A stretch of DNA of 32,278 nucleotides from Catajapyx aquilonaris (taxonomy: Eukaryota). The notes under the pieces were generated by a model, which saw nothing but the letters and a program-made list of their open reading frames with translations, was not told where the DNA came from and did no database searches. The position numbers and the translations under genes are program-made. Numbering within the stretch: position 1 is the stretch's first letter; each line of letters starts with the position of its first letter. Shown here in pieces: positions 19,361-31,688 of the stretch. Where the stretch lies: positions 1-32,278 of the forward strand of contig JYFJ02004431.1 of assembly GCA_000934665.2 (NCBI GenBank), written 5' to 3'.

Positions 19361-22300
19361 TAGAAGAAAAAAGGTTAACAGCAAAAACTTTATACCTCAA
19401 AAATTGTTTTTTTGTTAGGGTCTATTATTGTGATAAAGAGAGTGATGGTTAATGTAATGGTGCAAGCATTTTGATTATAAAAAAAAATTCTAGGGGTTTT
19501 TTCAGCAAGAAGCTCATTCCATAAATATTGTGGCTAAACTGCACGTCTGCACGCTCTTCTCTATAAATACCGAAAGTATCGGAAGTGGGGATAAAAAATT
19601 TTTTGCACCATTTTACAACTTTTTGGATTTTCTTGATGGGATGTTCAATACGATGTTGAGGTATAAGGATATACCTGTTTCAGGCTTTCGGACTCTGAAA
19701 AGTCTCAAGTCTCATTATTAGAAAGCACTTCTACGTGTATGGCTCATTTGTGACTGTTTTATAGCGCCCTTCTGACATCATTTTTTCCTCATTTTCTTGC
19801 TTTGCAAGTCATTGTTATTTTCCAAGGAGAAGAGTACATAACAGCAACTTGACAACCGCGGAACTATTGTTGCTGATTTTATCTTCGAGACTGCTGATTG
19901 GCCTTGAGTTGGAAAACAGTGCAAAAAGTGTATAATAGTGTAAGTTGTAGGCGTCTATACATTAATTTTGCCTACCACAGAAAATATTGCAAACTACCCT
20001 TTCATGTTTCATCGATCTCGGTTTTGTGCGCAGTGAAAAGGACATTGTAACATTGAAAGCGCAATGAAATAGCCAGAATTATTGTGAGATATTAGTTCAT
20101 ATATAGTGGTTCGGTGTGAGGTTTTTGGGGCAATTTGTGGAAATTCGTTTCACATGCGCGTAAAACTTTACTATTGTTACGACGTCATTGGGTCGCAATT
20201 ATTATTACGAGAAAGCCTGCTGCTTATGGGATACAACAATGTACGCGTACAATGCTTTGGGCTGAGAAAGATTGTGATTTTTACTGTTGCCTGTAATTAA
20301 TTTATCAGTCAGGATTTTATTTCATGTTGCGCTCTTTATAATTATGTAGTAGTGCCTAAATATTATACGTTCATGGAACTTTTCGGTCGTAATTGTTTCA
20401 CAAGGTATCGATGATTACGCAGTTCTGCGGCAGCTCATAGTGAATTTATCAGCCGCTCACTTGCTGATATAGCAATGTTGACGCGATGAGTTTCATGATA
20501 CGGATTGTCCCCACTTTTCTTTCTGCACCAACGTTCATTACTCTCCGTCTACAAATGTGGCGTATGGGTAGGGCCATGGTTGTTTATTTAGGCGCCGCAG
20601 AAAATGCGAAGGGTCATCCGTTCTTGTTTGCGATAACGCTCTCCAGAAAACGTTCTCGTTGTCATTCGGATAGGTACAAGGGGGCACTCCTTAGCAGCTA
20701 CTGGGCGTTGGAGTGTGCGGCCCTTAAAATGGTCACCGCCTCCTCACTCAAAAAAGTCTCATAAACAAATGGGTGCCCAGTGGTCGTGACGTGCACGCGT
20801 GGGCCCATCACTACAACACACCCTGTAGCCCCACACATGCTCTCAAATTCCGATTGCTCTAAACCACCTGATACTTCTCACCTTACAACAAAACATGACG
20901 ATGTAACCTTGCTCGATAGCACTTTGGACCTCCTTTTTGGATGGTACGAGCCATTAAATGCAATCTGAGATTGGTATGAGCCCGGGAGGTCGTACGTAAT
21001 TACTGTTTTAGTAGTCATAGCCTGAGACGCATGTGTGTGAACTATTACGTAACGGTGGAAAAAAACAAAGGGCTCGTAATAATGCCAATATGGAATATAG
21101 ACAACTGTTTGGAAGAGGCCGTAAAAGTGCGCCTAAAAATACCGTGGTGTTGTCCCCGGAGGATGGTAAACACCTAAGCTGGAGGAGTTGGGAGGGGGAA
21201 CCTTGACCCCTGCAGCGGGCACCTTTTGTTTTGGTCTCGTGGCGGGAGAAATGCCTGGGCCTGTTGTCCAGCGGAGCAAAGTCCCTGGTAGACTCTGAAA
21301 TGGCTGTGTTTGTTCCAAGTCAGCAAGCCAGCCGAGTTCTCCCGATAAGGAAAAGGACTACTGCAATAATTTTTATTCGTGGCGCCGGCTGCGCACACGT
21401 GCACCACGCTTCACCTTTCGACCCGGTCCACCGCCCACAGCGTCCAGCGTCGGTCAGTTTGGGTCAGCCATGAGTAACGTAACTCCTGTTTTCCACAATA
21501 TCAGAGTATAAACCAAGTGCGACCATTTGACCATAAGGTGAGTGTGTTGATAAGGCTTGTGCGTTGCGATCCGGTGGACGGAGCCAGTGAGTGTCGCGTG
21601 TCCTGAGAGACTGGTCTGGCTTCACTAGGGCTCGTGCTTGGCTGAAGACTCAGCTTTTGTCATCTCCTGTGATATCTACCCCTCCTTTTAAAAGGTGAGA
21701 CAGGTGAATGACGGGTCCAGCGCGATGGATTTTGCTTACGGCGCGGCGTACGGTTCGATTGACGGGCTCAGACAAGTGTACCCGAGCGTGTACCCCTGCC
21801 TCTAATTAGTGGGATTTTTGAGGGTGAAGTGGGCTCCATATTCAGTGAATTTTATGGCATTTAATTGGACCGCCATAAATGGTTTACACGTATATATACG
21901 TGTTGTAAGGGGGGTCATAAACCGAGGGCATACTTTTGGAGTTTTGCGGTTGTTGCTTGAGACGCACAGCTCGGTTTGTTGGTATACTGTACGGAATGAG
22001 CTGGTTATTTTCGGAGATTTATGCCCTTATTTATAATGCGCCGCTTACATAATCTTTGATGGGCTATTGTGTGGTTTGAGAATGCACAATGGCTTTGCCT
22101 CCCTGCTGCGATGCTGCTATAGAAACATGTCACCCAGTTTTACTGGTACTGTTCATGTAGCATATGCCCTCCCGTACGTGACACCGCCGAGGAATAATAA
22201 CCCGCACTTATTTGCTCTTGATATAGGCGACCGGCACATTATCTGGACGGAATGCGTTCACGTGATTAGTCGGTGAATACACGAGAATTTGGCCTGCATG

Positions 22301-24362
22301 GCACAGTGAGTCACGAGCACGGTCACGAGTAACAAGATTCTTGGCGTATCTCAACCCGTAACACCTGCCACTTTTAGCGTCCAATTTGAGATGATAGCGC
22401 ACAACCTTGAATAGTTTTTGCCAACCTGCCAGACGTAACTCGAAACATTTGCCGTTAGTCGATAACAGCTCATGGACAGTACGTTCTTACATGTGTCACA
22501 TATTGTCATTATTTGAAATTAATTTTTTTCGAGAGTTCACGAAGGCGATGTACGGCTAGGTATGCAGCTTCCATGTTGGCAGACTCCAATTAAGTACCCT
22601 TCTGGTTGGTGCCCATCATCAACGTGGATGACCAACCGCTCATTTCCCTCCACCTCTCTAAGAAATTCAGGAGAGAAGAAGAAGAAAAAAACTGCGAAGG
22701 TAACTGGCCGCTTCGTGAAAAAGCGGGATTCGCGTCTTTGTTCTCTTGCCTGCGAATCTGCCCCCTTTTCACGATTTATACTCAGAAAAGTGCCAATTCA
22801 TGACTGGTAATAAATTTTTGCAACGAGCATGATTTCCCACGGATATGTCGCGCGTGGGTCCCCTTTTTTTGACAAATCCGATGTTTGCCATCGCAATATG
22901 CGACGGTCATGGTGAATAGAGAAAGGCAAAAGGCGTCTCAAAAGAAAATGGTTGACTACTAAACCACTTTTTGATGGGGTTTGGGTCCGCTTCTCACTCC
23001 AGGGTGCCCTCTTGGGTGCTCCAGAAAACTGGTTGCACCGTTACAAAATGGGGGGGCTGGAAATAGCCTAAAACCTCAGGTGCGCAGGTAATTAGTTGCC
23101 AGTTCGTGCATCACACTATATTAAGGTCGCGCCTGAATGCATTCAATTTTTGATGATAGGGAATACAGCATATCGCCGGGCATATTTTTATTTTTATTTT
23201 TCTGGGAGAGGGCTGAATAACAAAAGATGCTGAGCCTCCACCCCTGGCTGCCCTTCGAAGGCTTTTCTTCCCTTCCCAACAACAAAAGCCCTGCAGCATC
23301 ATGCAGTTGTTGTAAGAACGAGCTCTCTTTTTGCCCCAAACAGGTTGGCCCAACCCTCTCCATGGCAGGGGCCTCGCTGGCTATGGAGGATAAAAATTTT
23401 TCCTACGCTTTCCCCGTTGATGGGCTATTTTACAACGCACTTGCGGTTCGAAAAAAAAAAAGTATCCATATAAGGTCACGGGATGACCTCTGAGCCGAAA
23501 TAGTGCGGTTGGTTGGAGGCGACCGGTGTAGTTTTTGTTGGAGGCTGGAAATAACCGATATTAGTAGCATGCGATGTTTGTGAACCAGTTTGATGGGGGA
23601 TAACGAGTGATGAGGAGACACCGCCCCGGTCAAAATGATGGAAGCTGAGCTGCATATTTTTGGAGGATGAGTCACTTTTTTGCAGGTGAACCGTGTGTTA
23701 ATTGGTGCTCAAGTAGATTGCGAGACGGGGATAAAAATCTGCGTACTTCTGGAAAAATTTTAACTTTTTATGTATGGGCCGGTTTCGGGAAAAAAAATTA
23801 GTGAAATCACGAAAGCCTTGCAGATATTGACAGGATAATGGCGGGCCCACACACTTTTCTCAAATCATGTGTATTAGGCGCAAAAACCAGCTTCCACCTC
23901 TCACGAAAACCTAGGCTGGTCACGTGTGGAATCTCGTCAAATTCCTGCACCTTTTGCAGGAGTTATGCGTGGAGATATGTTGTTTGGCCAACTCTTGGGT
24001 GCATGGGAATAAATTCGAAAAGGCATTCTTGCATCGACGTAAATCGTGAGTTGGGATGAAATATTAGACAAATATTAGTCGTTATAAATTGCATCAATTT
24101 GTTTACTTCTTAAATATCGCTTATATCAAATGTATGTAAACAATTGCATTAATTGCTTAAATAATGCCGTTAGGAGGAGGAAGATGACACTGGGAGATAC
24201 ATTCATTAGGAGGTCATTCGAGCCCGCGATAAGCTTTTTTGGAGCATTTTTTGCCCACGTGTTTTTTTATATATACAACTCGGCTAGTTTAGCCTGAGGG
24301 TCCATTACCACGCTTGGGTATGCTGAAGAGGAATCGTGGTTACGTGAACTCGGGTTCTTGTT

Positions 24363-24378
24363 CCATGAGGTGGCACCA
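24363..24378 (+). promoter_or_regulatory. Weaker CTCF-like motif
   Basis: CCATGAGGTGGCAC matches CCASYAGRKGGCRS at 12/14 positions. Confidence 0.25.
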
Positions 24379-24798
24379 CCTTCGAAAAAAGGGTCACCAG
24401 ATTTTTCCTAGTTGAGGAAGGTAAAATAAATGGCATCAGAAACGGATGCGTTTCGATCTGAGCATATCCTGGAGGAAGAGCATAACTGTGATGGCGATAA
24501 TTTGGAGGATGTGCAGCCTTTACATGTTGGCCGTAACGGTGCGAGAAATTCTGCAGAGCTGGTTTTTGACGCTGCTGAACCGAAATCGGAAATGGCAAAC
24601 GGGAATCCGGATCGTGTAGCTGTTAACAAATTTTTGCTTTCGTTTAAAAAATAAAAATAGGCTGGGAATTGCGCCTTTTTTGGATAGCGGACCTGACACC
24701 AGTGTGTGACTCTCTTAGGAATTTTCAACTTGGAGTTGTTGTTTTTTTTCATCTAAGGTTGTACTTAACGGCGTAAAAGGCTGGAGCTAGTTCTTTGC

Positions 24799-24840
24799 CA
24801 TCGGTGGATCTAGTTTTTTTTTGGGGGGGGGGGGGGAGGG
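24799..24840 (+). mobile_element. Possible truncated MITE terminus (CATCGGTGGATCTAG-T9-G14)
   Basis: The architecture resembles the GGCGGATC(C/T)AG + T-run + G-run heads common in invertebrate non-autonomous DNA transposons. No partner end was found. Confidence 0.3.
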
Positions 24841-25098
24841 CCTCAGGGGTAATGGCGTCACGTGTTCGGTAGTCTTGCTTTTACAGTACCTCTGTTGCCA
24901 TGCAGGGAACTTGCTGTTGGAATGTGTATGAAAGGTGCGCATTAGCCGGGTCCCAGACCTCGCAAGACTCTGTGGAAAAACCGTGATGATGTAAAGTGGA
25001 CCAGGAAGTCTGTCATTTCGGAGCCAGAATGCCGAACCTGACAAACTAAGCGCTTTAAAAGGAAGGATGGATAGGAACAGGTTGCCTGACTGAATATG

Positions 25099-25113
25099 GA
25101 GAGAGAGAGAGAG
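25099..25113 (+). repeat. (GA)7 microsatellite
   Basis: Direct reading. Confidence 0.9.
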
Positions 25114-26099
25114 CTTGTTCGAACTGGTTGCTGGGGTAAACAATCGGTAGCTTCTTTCCTTACATGGGTAGTGCACCACCCTGTGAATGGGTCAGCCGGT
25201 ACAGCACGTGACCTTTGCAGGTCATTGTTCTGGTAGTGTGACCTTGCACCAAATTCTCCAAGCAAGAAATAATTAGTTAATAGCCCCGGCATTGATTATG
25301 CAAATTGGTGGAGCTCACCTGTTGGCTCGACAAGATTCGCGCTTCAAGTTCGGTGCACCCACGTACTTACTACGTGCCCACCATTTTGTGTGTGGTGCAG
25401 CCCTGTATACATACCCAGAGCCCCGAAAATGCCCCGAGGGCAGGTATACCTGCCCAGGTTGCCATGCGCGCGCCCAATCCCCGTCTTGGAAGTTTGAGGT
25501 GAGGTGAGGTGGAGGAAGGTGGGGTGGAGAGGGGAGATAGAAGAAAAAGAAGGGAGAGAAACGACTTGCACACAACCACACTTTTACCTGAGGAGCTCGG
25601 TGGACTTGTAGTGTTTGTGAGCCACAGCTTGGTTCGCACTTGTGTATACTTGGAAGTTCACTTCGGTGGTAAGTGCCACATGGGATTTAAGTCGCGTACA
25701 TGGTTGGCTTCAGTGTGTGTGCATTTCTCCGGAATTTGGTCAGGTGGATACCGGACAAGTTGGGGTGGTGTTCCGGGGAGAACGTGTGAAGAAGAACTGG
25801 AAAGTTGGCATTTCAGGCGGAAACCTTGAAAATATTCCTGTACTATTGGGGTGTGAGCACTTACAAATATACATATGCTTCAGACAGCATTGTTTGAGCG
25901 TCCTTGCGTAGGTAGATTGCACAGTTAGGAGATTGTGATCGGACGACCTTCTTGGTTCACTCTCTTTTCTTGTTCGAGATTAGGAGTGTCAATATTGGAA
26001 CACTAAAACAAGTGTCGCGTTTATGTCGAAGCCTAAATGCTTCCAAGTCATGTTGCCCGCGCAGTTGGTTTTCTGGAGATTCTGCGAACCGCGCAAGTC

Positions 26100-26112
26100 T
26101 CACGTGACGTCA
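26100..26112. promoter_or_regulatory. Overlapping E-box/CRE composite TCACGTGACGTCA
   Basis: Palindromic TCACGTGA (26100-26107) overlaps the perfect CRE TGACGTCA (26105-26112). Confidence 0.4.
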
Positions 26113-28659
26113 GGAATTTGCCTTCTCCAGCTTCCCATTTTTGGAAGCAAACAAGCAAGCAAACAAGTGGGTTCATTAGGAGGATGAGGGAAATGGGCTG
26201 GGAAGTCTTGGCGGGGATTTTTAGTACTGGGTGCAACTTAGCAATCGTGGCTCATTCGTGCATGCCAGTTACCAAATCTCACCAAAAAATAGTTTTGGGC
26301 ATGTACAAGACATGCCAGCGGGTTAATGACTGCATGATGATGTTAATTACCGGTCAAGAATATTCCAAAACGTTGAGATTTTTTAGTTGAATATAATTTA
26401 TTTCTGCACCTGGTGGGCTGGAAAATAACTGCTTCTGGTCATTCAATTCGGGACCACCTGATGTATATTTTAAATTACAGTAGTTGATACCAAATTGTAA
26501 TGACACTAGCTGATTCTGCAACATCATTTTGCAAAACATTGCTGTCATTTTGGAAGAACTCAGGGAATCGCTATACGATATAAAAATTGGCTCCCGTTTA
26601 AAATTATTGCTAGTTATCATCTACAGTGTAACACCTGCATTAATACCCTACGCGTGCGTGACCTAATTATGGGCACCCAGGGGTATTCACGGCCATCCTT
26701 CTGTCTCCTTATTGAGATCCATTATCCTCACATGATATTTTCTTCTCACATTGTAATATGTGATATTTGCGGCCCTTTTGAGCCTTCAGTCTTCAGTATA
26801 GTTAATGATGGCGCCCTGGAGATTCCGTTGCCGAAGCAACTGGCCCTCGACACCGTTTGTCTTTAAGGAAAAAATACACCTCCCCACCTCCTCATCCACT
26901 CCTGCATACTGTGCTGGACGAAGAAAAGAGGGGAAAACGCCATGCTGGCTCCTTTTGTTCCCTCGGCCTTTTTCTCACGCGAGAAGAAATCAGACTTACT
27001 CAGAATCACGCTAAAGGGTCAGGTGGGGTCGAAGAGATACAGAGGAGTGAAATCAGCACACACCTAGTACATATGCCTTCGATATAATTATTTAGAAAAT
27101 TGATCGCAAGGTTCGTCAGCATCTATCCTCATCTTGGTAGCATACACAAAAAAAGGGTTACGAAAAATCCCTGCGTCCTCGATTTCTGTCACGCACGTTA
27201 TACGGATCAAAAACTTTTTGCGTCCATATTTTGAGGTTGGAGAAATGAGCGTCACGACGTTAAATTTTAATTTCCCAGAATTAATAGGTAATTGATGGGG
27301 GCATGGTAAGCCCCTTTCCTGTTGTTCTCCAGGAGAGTAACACCAGGCAACCCATTATAATTTGCGCATGTAAAAAGTAGGAAGCATTTTTACTTGGTAC
27401 GTATGAGAATTACTTGTATCACGCAGATAGCGCAGCTGCCCATTGCCTTATATAAATTTTTTGCTGCTTGATACTGACAGGTGGTGTTTTTCTAAAAGCT
27501 GATATTAAAGACAAGCTAGATACTTCTTGAAATCACGCATTTAGCCTTTCGAAACATCGATACCGCAACTTTGTGGGTGGCATTGAATAATTTTTCGCAT
27601 AATTACATCACATGCATCCTATGGGCTGGACAACTGACGAAATATGGAAATGATGTGACGCTGACTGGCACAGCTCTGAAACAAAGTTGCTCAGTGTCCA
27701 GGGGCGGCATTCAAGTGACATGAAATTGAGAAAGAGGGTCGGTCGGTTGAAGGATAGACAATAATTATTTAGGTTCTTTTGTGAGTAGGTGAGAGCAGCA
27801 GCGCACGTTACCTGTGCCGATTTCCGACCTAATTCCCGGCCGGACAATCACATCTGCACTACTTTGCCTTCAAATTGAGCGCACTGTTTTATCACCCCCA
27901 TTACTTTTTTTACACTTTTCAAACCCCCTTCTAGTATTTTGGCACGCAAAATTCCTTCAGACGGTAGTAAGAAGGTTTACAGCTAATCCATTGTGGGTAA
28001 CCGTGCAGAAAGACTTGGCGTGGCTACAGCCGCCGCCTTCCTCCTTCCGTACCCCAAGCACCTCCCGTGTCCCCAATATTCTTGCGTAGATTTGAACGCC
28101 CGAAGAACACAGCATGGCAGCATCATATGTATAGTTTGGAAGGTATCCAAAATCGCACCTGTTATGCGGTGATTGAAAGCTTAGTTTGCACGCTCTTATA
28201 GAGTCAATATTAGCGGAAGTTGCTGTATGACGACGTTGGAACGAATAATGCGCAATTTGAACGACAGCTTGAGTTATGGGAGGGCCATTATTTGAGGAAT
28301 GCGACCTTTAACCCCGTCGGCAGCGTTCGGGTTTTTTCGCTGCACTCGGATTAATAAATCATAGCGGGTGTGTAAACAAAGCAATTATTTTGAAGGAGAC
28401 AATGCAAAGGGCGTGCAAACTGAATTTGGTTGACCATGACAGCAGCAAATATAGTGCGAATTATTATGCGGTATATTTAGTACACACGTACACGGGATTG
28501 ACCATCGAGGAGTTGAAATGAGGGCGGAAGTCGTTATAGGAAACCGTTGGTGCTGCTGGCCAAGGGCAAGGCGGCAGCGTGACTTCCTCTAGCCTAGCTT
28601 CTTCCTATCTGTTGTTTTAACCTCTTGGCTTCTGCATTTTTTTGTTGCTGCTTTCTTGA

Positions 28660-28673
28660 CCCCCCCCCCCCNC
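28660..28673 (+). repeat. C12 homopolymer with an ambiguous base (N at 28672)
   Basis: Direct reading. The N is probably an assembly uncertainty at the homopolymer. Confidence 0.9.
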
Positions 28674-30269
28674 TTAGCCTGGAGATGTTGGACACAGCAT
28701 GCGCGACTTTCTTGAAAGTGTGGCAATCGGTTTTCTTCCGCGTTTCTGGTTGCACTTTTTTGTTGCACATTGGAATGAAAGCTGTGCTTGATCAGTTGCG
28801 CCATTTCTTCTTGATTGAAACTACAAATGCACTGAGAGCTGTTGTGCAATTGGATTGCGTACAGCTGTCAATTCGGCCAGGTGTTATGGCTATAGTTTTC
28901 CCCATTCTCATTATACGGTTTTCATGGAAATGGCGAGTCCGCGTGCAAGTTTGAAGAAGGTGTATATATTTGGAGGTGTGTTTGATCTCTCCGTTTCAAA
29001 GTAAACGAACACCTGCAGCTTAATATTTTTTTGTTACCTAGCACATGACGTGGTATGCATATGTGGCTGCTCAGTATGTGTGTATACAGCAACCTGCTAG
29101 GGCTCAAAATCTCACCAGCTGGGCGTCACTAAGAGAGACCCCACAAAAGAGTTTGGTCGCCCACATGATGAACCGATATTTACCCATCGTTTCCATTTTT
29201 CCTCCCCCCCACTTAGCTCTTCTTGGTCTCACCATACAAAAAAAAGCTCAGGTAAACTTGAGCTGTCTGACTGGGCAAACATGAGCTTTGCCATCTTTGC
29301 CGCAGTCATTATGAACCACGTACAGTACATGACGGTCAGGAATTTTGTTGACATGCTTTGCTGCACGTATGTCGCGCAATTATTCGTGCGTTGTCCACAT
29401 GTTTCTCCAACGGTCTTCTGAGAAATAGCCTGAGAAAGGTGGGTTTGGGGGGAGGGAAATTCCCTTATACGCCTGATGTTAAGCAGCTATTAGCAAGCGG
29501 TTGCTTGTAAGGAAAGTGCAAGGAGTTCGACCGTTGAAGTCTCCTTGGAGGGCAGGTTCGCCAAATGTCTTGCGAGGGGAAGGTGGGGAGAGGGAAGAAT
29601 AATGGCCAGTAACCAGACTGACCAGGGTACGTCAGGAGGAGGCTCCACTTTTGTGGGCTTCTGCTCTCTACCTACACGAAGACAAGGAGCGAGAAAGAGG
29701 TAGAGGGGCCTTTCTCACGGAGCCACAACTCGAATGTGTCACGAGCGTGGAACAGGGCCATAAGACATCTGATTAACCCTCCCCCAGGGGGATCCTTTTT
29801 TGCTGATCAATAATGGCGCAATTAGTATTGCTTACCTGGTAAATATACCCCAGAGTTTGGATGACCCTCAATTATGGGGAGCCTTGGCTTGTCGATCACG
29901 GTGACATCACAACCCAGCGTTTAGTCCCCCTGTTAGGTTGAAAACATGGAAATGTAGATCTTTCCCCGATAGATACGGTGTGTCGGACTCGTGGGCGGAA
30001 GTTGCTGGTCATTCTTCCGGTTGGAGGCTCATTCAATCTCGGAGCAAGTGCTGTTTCCTAGGGTCGCGACCTTCTAAGCAGGCGTAGGTGGACCAGAAGA
30101 AGACGACGACGAAGATGTTTAAAATAAAAAATAAAAGAGGCGAGACGAAGGTGGGGCCAAGCCAGCCTCTTGTTTCCACAGCTAGATCTGGCAACATCGG
30201 GCAGGTATCTCTTCCCAAGCCTCAGGTTGGTTGGGTTTCCATGGGAGTCTCTCGACCTTGAGGTCTTCT

Positions 30270-30294
30270 GCAGGCAGGCAGGCAGGCAAGCAAG
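30270..30294 (+). repeat. (GCAG)4(GCAA)2 tetranucleotide repeat
   Basis: Direct reading. Confidence 0.9.
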
Positions 30295-31261
30295 AGGGGG
30301 ATGGTCTTCCAGGACCAAAGATTTTCTCGAGAGAGAGGGGCTCAGACCACCTGCAGCTTTTCAATCACAATTTCCCTTGTCTTTAACGGAGAAAGGAACA
30401 AATAGGGAAGGGTCCCAGGTCGAATTCCTCATGTTCAACCTGACGTCGGCTTCAGCCACACCGAAATTGAATTTTAGTGAGCTTGCGGCTAGTTCTTTCT
30501 GGTTGCAGCCATTGCAGTCGTGATTTGTGGATTCCTCTGGCTGTTAACAAACTCACCCCCTCTCTCTGCATGTTCCGCCAACTCCCCAACCACCATCACC
30601 ATGGTGTTTCTCTGCAGGGAGCCAGCGGATTCCAAGGATTGTGCCGCGTTGTCTAATCGAACCAAAACTGGTCCCTGTAAACAATGCTCGCGTAGAAATG
30701 AGCCCCGAGTGGCCACTCTGCTCTGATATCAATAGAGATGGAGCATGCCAGAGCAAAGCGGACATTGAACTGCACCCCCCTTTGCTAAGTGTACTCAGCA
30801 CTCAATCTAGCGTGATACAAGGTGATAACGTAATCTCAGGGCAAAAGACGCTGCTGGGTATGTCGTGGACCAGGGCTGCTGGAAAATTGTTCACGGAGGG
30901 GATTGACTAGGTTCATGCGTGACGAGATATGCCTTTAGACCGTCAGCGACTCTTGATGGAATTTGGATGGATGTATACAGTCAGGCGGCGCATAAGAACC
31001 CAAAAGGCAACGACTTCTCAGGTGACTAATCACTCCCCTGGAGTTTTATGCCCAAGCTACAAAATCAACATTACCCACGTTGGGAAGTGTTTGCGGCTTT
31101 TTTTTCCCCCCTTCCACCAACCTATCTCAGGAGATGAATAGCTGGAGTTGCAAGGAACGACTCGGATATTACTTTTCCTACCACCCCCCTACCCCGGCCA
31201 AAACACTTGGGCCGGCCATTCTAGTTGCTACCTGGGAGGAATGTTCACATGAACATGACTC

Positions 31262-31450
31262 ACGATCTAAGCTCCAAAGGTCGGGCGAAGAATTTTTAAG
31301 GGATAAAAGTCATAACCGCGTAATATTTAGCGAAATGAAATGTAAACAATGGGCGTATGAACCTTCTGCAAAAGAAAAGGCCTGCTGATAAAAATTGTTT
31401 ACAGCATGGCATGCGGTGCTAAAATGCAAAAGGTCGGGCGAACATAAAAA
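31262..31450 (+). repeat. Degenerate local direct repeats
   Basis: Exact AAAGGTCGGGCGAA at 31276-31289 and 31429-31442 with similar upstream flanks. A weaker intermediate copy lies around GGGCG 31351-31355. Confidence 0.55.
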
Positions 31451-31666
31451 AACGTTGCTCCTTACGGAGGTTCTTGATTCTTCGCCTGGAGCGCTACTGA
31501 AATTAGAGTTTATGGAGAGGGGCAGCAGAGATGGGGGTGGAGGTATGCTGGGAACGAAAAAGTCTTATTATTTTCTCGACCGCCCGTCGTGACCGTCCAG
31601 CACTCTGCAATGGCCTCTCCGTGATCTTGAAGCATGCACTGCTTGGCTCGCAGGGGGTCATCTCCC

Positions 31667-31688
31667 CTTCTTCTTCTTCTTCTTCTTC
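31667..31688 (+). repeat. (CTT)7 microsatellite
   Basis: Direct reading. Confidence 0.95.

Noticed and set aside
23495..23525. GCCGAAATAG...TTGG..GAGGCG resembling the 5' end of tRNA-Phe
   Set aside because: No T-arm/B-box (GTTCGA) or acceptor-stem partner downstream, so it is neither a tRNA nor a convincing SINE head.
24430..24654. Acidic 74-aa ORF (MASETDAFRSEH...)
   Set aside because: Composition is protein-like, but it is short, unrecognisable and lacks supporting promoter or splice signals. Not supportable without a homology search.
25162..25174. Partial matches to conserved miRNAs (ACATGGGTAGTG, miR-71-like; also short miR-87-, miR-252- and bantam-like strings elsewhere)
   Set aside because: Matches are only 9-12 nt, lack the full mature sequence and show no evident precursor hairpin.
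30618..30910. TTTCTCTGCAG acceptor followed by a ~290-nt open phase-1 frame
   Set aside because: No good donor before the stop and no recognisable domain.
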